Of a stretch of DNA of 64,000 nucleotides, positions 52,901 to 64,000 are shown one piece after another; the first letter of the stretch is position 1; every line of letters starts with the position of its first letter. A model generated the notes under the pieces. That model was not told where the DNA came from and searched no databases. It saw nothing but the letters and a program-made list of their open reading frames with translations. Location: assembly GCF_964355755.1 (NCBI RefSeq), contig NC_092670.1:32848388-32912387 (forward strand). The letters run 5' to 3'. Both the position numbers and the translations under genes were made by a program. The DNA is from Antedon mediterranea. Its lineage: Eukaryota; Animalia; Echinodermata.

Positions 52901-54201
52901 GATAGTCCGCATTGTTTAAGCAACCTTTAATGTATTGTTTCAGTGGCCTAATACGTATACAAAATTTTACTTTAAATTGTTTTAATACGTATTAAGTATA
53001 GTATTTTTTACTGCGTATAACACATTCTTACACTATTGTATACGCGTGTAAATTATCAAAATATTATGCTACTTTTGAATGTATACTTATTAATCATGTT
53101 AAACAATGACTGTATGCTTTGCTTGAATCTCAAAGACGTTGATGCATCATCCTTTTCGTCATTTCTTTTAATGAGTAAAAGAAAGGCTTCGGTTACATAG
53201 GACGTTGTGATAAATGTCCCCTTCATCGATACGTGGTCAACATCGTGTTGGTGGTATTGTTAGACAGCTGCAAAAAGTTACAAAAACAGGAAGCTGTTCT
53301 CTACAGTCATTTTATTGTAATACCCAGCTGAAACAATTGCATTATAGTTAAACTCAAAGTTAAGTTTTTATAGTAAAGTTTGCTTATATTGGTTAGGTTT
53401 TACAGAATTCAATACAAAATAAATGTTGCGTTGATGACCCACTTTTTTCATTATGTTTCGCTAACAAAGTGTCTCTCACAAACTAGAGCGAATTCAGTAT
53501 GTTTATTTTTAAAATTGTAATTCGCGGGGGAATCAGAGCTATGCAGTAATTTACTAAAAAAAATGTGTCTATTTTAACATTTTATATTTATTTGAGAAAA
53601 AAATACCAACTGTATGAACGCTCATGCACGTTTTTCTTCAATCTGTTGAGATATAAACAGGAATGATATTGGTTTATGAAACAATATTTAAGTTAACAGG
53701 CCTATATATTAGTATTGTTACATTATACCTGTGTACATCCTTGCCATTTGTTGTATCACGTGTTTATCAGTACTATATTAGTTTTTTTGTAACATTTGGA
53801 GAATGGTGTCAATCTTATGAATTCTTCCCATTTAACTTAAAAACATTAATTATTATGTAAACTAATAGTTATAAACATATGCATTATTCCTACTTTAAAC
53901 AATTAAGGCTTTGTATTCAGTGTTATGTTAATTAAATATATTTAAAAGAAAATTGTTATTTAAAAAAATGTCTGTTTGTTTCACCAAGGATAGTGAAATA
54001 GATTGAGAGTGTAATTTCACTTCACTCACTTGTTTCATACAAATATTTGACCAAAAGCTAATAAAAGTCTCCAGTAAAGCACCGACAGTACAATGCAGTA
54101 ATGAATGTAACAAAAAATAGCAGGCCTATAATAATAACAACACCTTGCAGACAAAATGTATTTAACTTACCTCATGTTATTTGGCGGTGTTACAGCTAGT
54201 T

Positions 54202-57200
54202 TCATACACGGATACAATCTATCTTGATTAAATTGTTGTCAACAGTCAATCTTTGACACTTAGAATGCCGCCTGTTGATTTTTCTTGGTACTACAAAAAA
54301 ACATAACAATGAATAATAGTTCGATATGAGTGTGCCAAAAAATGGCGAAAACTTAAACAGAATTATAAGGATTTCTAGATGGCCACTGCAGTGGTATGGT
54401 CATTGCAGTGTTCCCCAGAATGAGTGAACAAAGAAAGACGAATAATATATTGATACTACATCCTGCTGGTTAGAGTTACAGCAAAGACAATTTATCAAAA
54501 CAAATTCTTAATAGAATTTTAAAAAGATATATAATATTAAACACTGAGGAAGGGCTTGAGTTATCGAAAGATCTGGTAATTTATTTGGCTTTTTTATTTA
54601 CTTTATCGTTTTGATTTAGTTTTTTTGCTTATTTTGTTTGATCCATTGAGATCCAGCCACTGATACCCAAATGATTGTCATTTTTCAGTAATTTGCCTTT
54701 AGATTTAGGCCTATATAAACATCGTTAGATGTATTGTCCCCCTCAAAAAAACAATTCTTACAATTTTGTTTTAATATGCCATTTTAATATCACAAAATAG
54801 TTATCCATTTTGACCAAAAATTGGATCGAAAAAAACATTTATTAAACCTAAAAAACTGTAATTTAAAGCAAAAATTAGTCAAATTGACTGCCAGCCAATG
54901 GGTTTGTTTGAAAGAGCTTTTTTTAAGGAAGGTGTTTAACTTTATAAAAACTACAAACTAATCTATTAAATCATCATCATCATCATCTTTTTAAAGAGAT
55001 TACTTAACATTTATCATGGGTCATGTTAAGATATATGCATTGCTCGATTGACCATAGGTGAAATGTACCAAAATAAAATGCAATTAACCTACACTGTTCA
55101 CAGATAGCTGGAAACTGCCAATATGCACAGGAAGCATCATGCCAAGACCCACTACTGAAATTATTCAGAATTCCACAATCTTCATTATTATCCAAATCGG
55201 GTTGACTTGGTGCCCAATCTAAAATATAATACTATATTATTAGCAGGTATTTTCTTTTCACAGAATGCTACAGATTGGAGATCTGATATAAGGATTAGAA
55301 AACATTAATTATTAGTAATTAATAATGATAGTTTGTTTTTATTTCTATGATCTTTCTAGCAGACATTGTGTGTCATCGTCTGTTCTCACAGATCGAAAGC
55401 TACCTTTTTAATATTGCAGAATGATGTAGACCGCAATCCTCAAGATGTTAACGTATCAGAAAAAGTGTATTATAATTCTTATATATAAGTTTATTTTTTA
55501 AAATGATGTTACGGTGCACCGCTCACTTGCCGGCAGCTTTTAGGCTTTGTGTAGGCCTACTGTACGATTGATTTAATTTGAAATAATTATAATGTTAAAT
55601 GTAACTTACAATGATACTAAATTAACAGCCTAAATACCATTAAATCGAGATATAGTGCACACATCTTTAAACAACCCATTGAATCAGAGTAGGGAGTAAC
55701 CCCCGGTTTAATGGTTCACCTCAACCCCTGTCGTTCATAGTTGTCGACGATGGAGAGGACCTTATCAAAACTTCCTCAATTAAGGATAAGTATTAATACA
55801 AATGAATTCATACTTGTATAGTTAGATATTCTTCCTGACAACCATTCAAATTCGTCATTGCTATCTACATCAACGAGACCAATCCAAGCTTTTTTTATTG
55901 CCAAATATTCAAGTATTCCATCTAACCAGTCGTTTTCCTCTTCACTACCAATTTCAACTAAATCACCACCGAAACTTTGGCATCTTTCTCTTCCGGAAGT
56001 CCATGAAGCAGATGTATTGGTGACCCTGTAGCATTTTAAAAATGCGGCGTTGTAACTCCATCCGATTGGACATTCTGAAACGAAAATATATTCGTACAGA
56101 GGATTACATATCGATAATTGCACACACGTAAACATACAACGGACCTATGTTGAATAGTAGCCAATTCAGATTTTTTTGGACCAAAAATTAGATCGAAAAA
56201 AAATTAACTGAAAAGCGAATGGATTTTTGGTAGAATTTAACTATTTTGTCATTTTCTAAGGAAAAACATATTTTTTTCCTATTATTAAAACTACAAAATA
56301 ACCTATTCAAAGTCGGATTTAAGTAATCTTCATTTTTCATATTTTTAATTTAATACTTTTAATTTACATTGTTATTACATTGTATTATTTACATGATTAT
56401 CTAAATATGAATTTACGTAAGGGTAAAAATCGGTAAATCGTGCGTTATTTCTATAGAATGTTTACTCGATGATATAATTATAAAGTTGGTTCCTACTTTC
56501 GGTACTGATTTTAACCACCTGGTGTAACCCTGTTCACTAATTCAATTGAGTTAGGTAATTAGTTATTGACAAAATAAAACGCATTTAGGTTCAACGATTT
56601 GCCCCAAATAAGGGTATTTTTCGATCGTGGTTTACACTGTAATGAATGTCTATCTTGAAAATACCCGCACACAATAATACGAGGATTCCAATCTCTTAGT
56701 CGCTCACATTTTGGTATAACACAAGTAGTTAAATTTATGTGCCTTTCCGAGATAAACAACCTTTGACAATAAATACATAAACCATTTTTGTTCCATTTGA
56801 AGTTTTTACTGTGAGTGTGGTGGTACTGTTTAAACACATAATTAAACTTTATTACTGACAGTTGCTTCTTAATAGTAGTATTAATACTTACAAACAAATA
56901 TAAACGTCGTAGTGGTGTTACATAAAAACAAATATGTCGTCACGGATAAAGAATATTAACAAATTGTTCCTCGTTGCATCCACCCTCTTACCATCCCTCA
57001 ACCCTAATTTTACAAAATAAATTCAAATTTGGTTGGTTCAAATTTGACTAATTTTAGTTGACTACATAAATCACCGTGTCTATTTATTGCGTATATTTGA
57101 AAACGCCAGTTTTTTACGCTGAAATTACTGTGTATTCGAGAACCATCTAGTATACATAAATACGTCGTAGTAGCAGTTTGAAAAACGGCACCTGTTCCAA

Positions 57201-57388
57201 ACGTGACGATATAGTACTTAATTATGTAGGCCTATTTAATGTGTATGTAAACATGTTTGTATTGACTTACTGAATAAGTAAGTAAAGTACTAAATACTAA
57301 AATAAAAAACATTTGTAGACTTACCATAACAAATGACGTAATTGATAGCAATGACAATTGATAGTAAAATATATCCTTTTCTTCCCAT
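54202..57388 (-). CDS. Secreted C-type lectin, copy D (QPD / WHD motifs, galactose type)
   Basis: Exons 57388-57325 (MGRKGYILLSIVIAINYVICY), 56074-55814, 55218-55093 (NWAPSQPDLDNNEDC...WHDASC...ICEQ) and 54290-54202 (LPRKINRRHSKCQRLTVDNNLIKIDCIRV*). Confidence 0.88.
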
Positions 57389-58340
57389 TTTGTTTTACTT
57401 TCACCTAATTCTGCAGGAAAAGCCTAAAATCAACAATCCTGTTTTAAAAAGTGGAAACTTATGCTGATAAAAAATAAATGAAATTAAAATAACTAAAATA
57501 CAGCAGAATTTACTTCTTTTGCTGACTATATTATGTATATACAATCGCTCTCAGAAACAAAACTGAATTTAAAAGTAAGATAGATATACAATCTGAAAAG
57601 TAGGCCTAATTGAACCAATGTTATCGTATTATACACATTTGCTTATTCTCTAGAAGAACTCTAGTTTTTCGTCCCACGAGTCACAGCAGCTCTCTCAGTA
57701 TCAAGTTCAATATTAAGTAACAGAATAGCAACTTTCAATAATCAGGCTAAACGTATATGTTTACTCTGAAATTTAAATGTAATGAACGCGTCTTTACAAC
57801 AATACAAATGTCAATAACTATCATACAGATGTCGCACTTCTTGTATCAATTGCATTTGTTTCTGACTTACGTTTATTAGGAAAATATACGAACACTTTGC
57901 TATTGTTCACTGAAATTAAAATTTAATGAGAATTTTATTAATATATGGCACAAATCGTTATTTCACAGCATTTCAAAATTATGAAGATAATGGAATAACG
58001 TAGTATTACAACCGTAACAAAAATAAAAGGATGCAAAATTACTTTAATTTGGGAATAAATTAGTTACAGCTGAATATATCTAAGTTATAGGTGAGAAATT
58101 GCTACTAATTTAAAATTATAATTAATTGGTTGTGGCTATTAAAATTTAAATACTTATAATATAAGAAAATATAAACACTGTAGTTATTTTATAATTTATA
58201 TATTATCAAATTATGATACAATTACAAAACCAACATTATGTGTAAGTGTAATAAATTACCATTCATAACAAATACTGTAGCCTAGTGTCTACATGAACAT
58301 TCTAGAATAAGTAAGATGAGTGGAAATAGACTTTTCAGTC

Positions 58341-61300
58341 AAACAAATTGCAACAGTTTGTTTTTTTGCTGAAACATGCTCAACTATATGTAGATATTAT
58401 CATATCCAAAATCTACCCTGATCTGCCCATTATAAATTACCTAATTTGCATAAAATCAAAATGGCTGCCATTTTACAACTTTGATCCCAATTATCTCTTA
58501 AACCATAAAGAATTTGGTGTAAGAATGTATTGAACACAAATATAAACATGACCCCAAATATTCAGAATAATATATTTGATTTGTCTTTGGGGTCAAGGTC
58601 ATAGGTAATTGCAGTTTGACATCTAAAATATGCTAATTATCTCTTAATCCATTAGGTATTTTGAATAAGAATGTATAAGTACAAATATAAATGTGACCCT
58701 AAAGATTTAAAATATTGTATTTGTCTTTGGGGTCAAGGTCAAAAGTCATTCCAGTATGGCCTCTAAAATATGCTAATTATCTCTTAATCCATAATCCAGG
58801 TATTTTGAATAAGAATGTATAACTATAAGTACAAATATAGGCCTAAACATAGACTTGCCCCAAGTCTGTATTATCTTTTTTTTTTATTTATTTGTTTTTA
58901 TTTCGACCGCGATTTTTGTCTGAAAATACAGACTTGTGAAACACGTATAGAAATCGATTTGCAGACCGCAAACATACGATAAGAATGACGTAGGTTATCA
59001 TACCGTATTTGGCTATATGGGGCGGGCGGTATGTAAATATGGATTTCGAATCAACCAATGATCATTTTGTTTCAAAATGAAAGAGATCGAGTACGTAGGC
59101 CTACCAGTGCTTAATGTACGATCGAGACTGTTGAAATATAAAATAGTAATGCCAAGTTGTTTTGTTTATTAATTGTTTAGTCCTTGGCCTAGGCCTCTTT
59201 CGTAGGTCCTACTCAACTCGCACGTATGACCTGCCAAATAAAACGCCAATGAAGTAGGCCTACATACCACCGGCACACAACAGGGCTACACCACCACACA
59301 GAACAGGACAGGGTCTCGGTGGGAATTAAATCAAAATTATCTCCGCGTAATAAATGATCCATTCAATGTTTGATTTGCGGAGAAGCTAGCCTATTATATA
59401 CCAAGACGAGTTTTCATGTTTCAAAGATCCCATCAAATGTTTACCAGACTACTAGTACTGTACTAGGCATATAAAATAATTTCTAGCCTTCAGAACTTTC
59501 ATAAATGTACCAAAGTACACATTGTCTAAACGTAATATAGCGCATGCGCATCATCTTAGTTGTTGAGTCTTTAAAATTCAGAAATATGAATATTTACACG
59601 GTGTACGAGTGAGTAGCCAATCGCATGCAGCTGAAACTAGTCAACCGGATAATCGTATGCACCAAGAATTCTTGGTGTCAAACCACGTGACTTGTGCGTG
59701 TTTCCCCAGACGGAGTATCCAAAATCAAGTAGTATACGTATGAAACGCCATCTGTGCCAACATATTTATCTTTTAACTAATATTAAGACAAAACTCCGTC
59801 TGGAACCCAGACTAGCCTAAACATGACGCTAACAGTTTAGAATAATGTACAGTAATTGAATTGTATTAGGGTTCAAGGTTCAAAAGGTCATCTAATTACA
59901 CTATATAAAATTTGAAAATAACTCTCAAAACATCAGGTATTTTTAACAAGAATGTATTTAATATAAATATGACCCTAAATATTCAGAATGATGCAATTGA
60001 GTTGTATATGGGGTCAAAGTCAAATGTCATCTAATTATGCCATATAAAATATGCTAATTATCTCTCAAAACATCAGGTATGTTTAACAAGAATGTATTTA
60101 ATATAAATATGACCCTAAATATTCAGAAAGATGCAATTGAGTTGTATGGGGTCAAAGTAAAATGTCATCTAATTATGCCATATAAAATATGCTAATTATC
60201 TCTCAAACATCAGGTATTTTGAACAAGAATGTATTAATAGAAATATACAGCAATATGTTCTTATGATTTGCATTTGATTTGTATTGGGTCAAGATAAAAT
60301 GTCATTATCTTACAATATAAAATACTCTAATTATGAAGTGAATTCATTTCAATTTGTATGATGTACCTATGAACAAATCATATCTATTTTGAAAAGCTCA
60401 TTTGAGTTAACTTCAGGGATCAGAGTATTAGGAAATGTGTTTTAATTGTAAGGAATTACATTTATTATTATTATTTGTTTTTTTTTAAATTATAATAGTA
60501 CACTATGCTAAAATATGTGACACAAAAACTGTCAATCCTGGCTGGCTGTGTGAAGTGTTTAAACTGAAATTATGGGAAAGTGTGGAAACACCTTTACTTA
60601 CAAAATTTGTAGCTGTGAAAATGGAGGTCATCTGGTTCAAACAGTAACCAACCACTTTTTAAACAGTAAAACCTAACCCTAACATTGGGAAAAGTTAAGT
60701 TGTACTAACCAAAGTGGGCGCAGTAGTGAAAGATGACATATTATGTGTATTAAGAATACAGAGACTATGTGAACTAAAAATCTTTAGAACAAGTGTCTAT
60801 AGTTTACTTTAGTATAAGAACGAGTCCTCTGCTCTCAAATGACACAAATACAGAAAATATAGAGATACATTAAAAAAAAAAGAATATTTCGTAACACTCT
60901 AAATTTTTAAGTTTGAAATGGATGAAAATTTAAAAAATCCAGCCATTAAAAACAAGTGTAGTTTGTATTCATATTTAAATACCCTTAGTGTATGTTAAAA
61001 TTTATCTAAACACAAACATTTTAAAGTATCCGTATATATTAGGATTAAGTAACAGTTATATTTATTAATACTTTTATTAGCAAAATGATGCTTCAATCGA
61101 GAATTTAATGAATACAGTAAGACAGTAAGTCATTGTGATACTTACTAAAGTATACTTTAACAAAACTAGTTCTTTGCAACTGTTGTTGCCTAGTTTAACT
61201 GTAGATAATTTGATTTAAAAAAAAATTATTGATGATAATTTATAAATTACTAATTATCAGAAAGCTAAGTTTATTGGTCTACTCTGATGTAATTTTACTG

Positions 61301-61949
61301 AATTCTCAGTGCAGGGAGAATTGTCCAGAGTATGGCAAAACATCTTAAAAAGTAACTCCATTGACGATCGAGTCTGACCCAAGAATTATTTAGACATTTT
61401 TGTGACTAATGTTTATGAAATGTAAGGTTATAAGCTTCGTAAGCCCCCCGTAGGCCTACTAAAGTAGGTATGCCTAAATGATAAAATTAAATGTCAAAAT
61501 AAGCTATACTGTATGGTATAAAGTAAATGACCTACTAATCCTATGTAAATTTAGTAGCTATAATATTTATAAATAAACAATTTTTTCAAAATGTTTAAGG
61601 TAAAATCATTGACCTAGTAATCTCTGGGTGGGAGGGGTGTGGGCGCAGTGTTCAGAAATCAATCTGCTGCAATGTCTGTACTGTATATGCTATGTTTTTA
61701 GTAGTAGTAAGACTATTATGCAAATTGATTTAAAGGATAATTTTATTTTATTATTTTCAATACATTCTTACACCAAATTCTTTATGGTTTAAGAGATAAT
61801 TGGGATCAAAGTTGTAAAATGGCAGCCATTTTGATTTTATGCAAATTAGGTAATTTTTAATGGGCAGATCAGGGTAGATTTTGGATATGATAATATCTAC
61901 ATATAGTTGAGCATGTTTCAGCAAAAAAACAAACTGTTGCAATTTGTTT
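58341..61949. mobile_element. Non-autonomous element with 194-bp inverted repeats and an internal ~140-146-bp tandem array
   Basis: 58341-58534 is the reverse complement of 61756-61949 and near-identical; weaker similarity extends about 25 bp outward. Tandem units containing TGACCC...GGGGTCAAGGTCA lie at about 58520-58840 and 59825-60330. No TSD is visible. Confidence 0.75.
58850..59814. mobile_element. Nested 965-bp element with TAG...CTA ends and a 9-bp TSD (AcademH-like, non-autonomous)
   Basis: TSD GCCTAAACA at 58841-58849 and 59815-59823. Ends are TAGACTTG / CCAGACTA, each with a terminal hairpin. It splits one unit of the host tandem array. Confidence 0.7.
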
Positions 61950-61973
61950 TACTTAACGCCTATTTTTCATCTA

Positions 61974-64000
61974 TGTTTAGATTTTTTATTATTGTGAAGC
62001 TGTTTAAAGTGTTTACTCGATCGTTGAAAGTTGAAGTTGATTTAAATTAAAGCTTTGTTTTTGAGTTATTTTACAATTTTGTGAATTTTATGTCACAAGG
62101 GAGTTCCTAAAGTATTTCAACCGCTCGAAAACATACGTAAAGGGAGTTAATGACCTAATTTGGTGGCAGCGGTGTTCGACCTAATTTGTTGGCAGCGGTT
62201 ATTTCTATCTACTGTTCGATCGATTTAACTGTGGATTTATCTAAAGTTGTGATATTTTGTGGTAGCAGTGCTTTTTATCTACTGTATTGTGCCATAGATT
62301 GGTGGCTGTTTTAGGATCAACTGTACAGTTATTGATATATTTTGTGGAAACGGTACTTACGATACTGTGATATTTTATGGAAGCCGAGGTGCTACGTTTT
62401 GTTTAATCGTAAGTACACAAACATTGTCTTAAGAACAGTACATTATTATATTTGGAATAGTAGACTTGTGAACGTCTCGGTAACTACGATTAACTAGTAA
62501 CAAGACCCCCATCCAGATTTAAAATATGGCTGATAAACAATCAACAACAAGATCCAGTAGAGAATACAGCGGCGGCGATGAATCTTATTCTGATGTAGAA
62601 TCGGTCCAGGCATTACAACCTGAACAGCAGACACAAGAGTCTGGACCAACCAGTGGACATAACCCTACAGGGGCTGACTCATTTTCAAAATATGTTTTGT
62701 TGTTGATGCAGAAGATGATGGAACACACCCGAGAACGTATTACGTCGGGAAGATATTGAGAAACAAGAACGTTTACGTCAAGAAGATAATGAAAGACGTT
62801 GGGAAGATATTGAGAAACAAGAACGTTTACGTCAAGAAGATATGGTAAAACATAAAGAAGAAATGGAAAGACAAGAACCTTTACGTAGAGAAGATATGGA
62901 GAAACAGCAAGCAGTACTAGTAATGGCGTTAATGGATAAGATTGCAAAACTTTCTGATAGTGATGATATTGAAAATTAATTATCTTACTACGTTTGAACG
63001 AATTTCTAGCACCTATGAGTGGCGAAAAAACACTGGGTAGTAAAACTGATACCACATTTGACAGGCAAAGCAAGAGCAGCCTATGCATAACTACCAGTGA
63101 CAGAAAGTAACCAGTACGACATAGCGAAGAAAGCAATATTACAAAGGTATGACTTAACTGAAGAGACATAAAGGTTTAGGTCAATTAAAAAGAAAAGTGA
63201 AGAAATTTATAGAGAAATGTTTGTTGGGTTGAAAGATTTATTTACAAAGTGGGCTAAGCCTGCTGATATAAGCAAAGATGATTTAGCAGAAATTATTATT
63301 TTAGAGCAATTGATAGATATTATGCCCACAGGGGTACAAATATGGGTTAAAGAACATAAACCAGATTCTGGATTAAATGCTGCGGAATTAGCAGATAATT
63401 ATTTTCAAGCTAGGAAAGGTATCGATTTTGAGGAAAAGTTTCAAAATAGAAAACACGAAAATAGAAACAACCAGGAGAAAACAGTGAAAGGCACTCCTGA
63501 AGTTGACAGTAAGGGTAATAATAATCCCCCGGATAACTTTCAGAAATTACAATCTGACGCTAGACAACCTCTCGTTTGTAGACGGTGCAAAAAAATAGGC
63601 CATATTGAACGATTTTGTCGAAGTAAGGATGGCTTTTTGTCGACAAAGACAGATACTGTTTCAAAACCATGTACACCTTACATTTGTAGAGGCATAGTTG
63701 AAGGATGTGATTGTGAAATTTTGATAGACTCTGGATGTGACATGACACTTGCTCATTTTGATTTAGTAGCGGCTAAGAAAATTAATCACGCGAAGCAAGC
63801 TAAAATTACATGCAGGTGCGTTCTTGACCATGTCCAAACTTATCCTACTGCATTCGTAAATATTAAGGTTAATAACGAAGACCATCATTTGTGGGTTGGC
63901 GTTTTCAGCTATTTACCAAGAGATGTAATTCTTGGTAGAAACTTGCCTAATTTCGGAGAGTTGCCTAATTTTGGAGACTTATTATGGAAGGTGAATAAGC
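61974..64000 (+). mobile_element. Gypsy LTR retrotransposon (SCAN-gag, Gmr1-like), 5' part, degenerate
   Basis: Probable LTR from the TG at 61974 (boundary uncertain). Primer-binding site TGGTGGCAGCGGTG at 62161-62174 is complementary to the tRNA-Leu 3' end. gag-pro follows and runs off the window. Confidence 0.85.
62526..64000 (+). pseudogene. gag-protease ORF with frameshifts and stops
   Basis: Reads KLIPHLTGKARAAY..., then SCAN-like LEQLIDIMPTGVQIWVKEHKPDSGLNAAELADNY (from 63301), zinc knuckle CRRCKKIGHIERFC and aspartic protease ILIDSGCDMTL (about 63718-63750). Disrupted between 62760 and 63175. Confidence 0.85.

Noticed and set aside
58586-60160. Repeated GGGTCAAGGTCA nuclear-receptor-like sites
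   Set aside because: They are part of a transposon's internal tandem unit; there is no evidence of regulatory use.
58348-61942. Two near-identical 61-aa ORFs on opposite strands
   Set aside because: They are the two arms of an inverted repeat, have no ATG start and show no protein features.
62585-63169. 194-aa minus-strand ORF
   Set aside because: Antisense shadow of the repetitive gag coiled-coil region.

Overview
This is AT-rich eukaryotic genomic DNA with spliceosomal introns, most likely from a marine invertebrate deuterostome (echinoderm-like; the taxon is inferred). From left to right it contains: (1) the last exon of an upstream gene with a tyrosine-motif (ITIM-like) tail; (2) an 8-exon PRDM14 orthologue (+; PR/SET domain and six zinc fingers), whose 14-kb first intron holds a decayed 9.8-kb CACTA/EnSpm-type transposon with kb-long subterminal arrays and a nested 2.7-kb TIR element; (3) a 2.2-kb TIR element with an AAAT target-site duplication (TSD); (4) a tandem cluster of four secreted single-domain C-type lectin genes (-; one has a nonsense codon), interrupted by a near full-length CR1/L2-type LINE, SINEs, a DINE/HINE-like element and minisatellites; (5) a TIR element with a nested AcademH-like insertion; (6) the 5' part of a SCAN-gag Gypsy LTR retrotransposon. 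The most notable observation is that each lectin ends in RR(R/H)SKC, and a decayed downstream exon reads, in copy A, like a BMP/TGF-beta mature domain. This suggests an ancestral C-type lectin-TGF-beta fusion gene. All of this was read by eye; no database searches were run.
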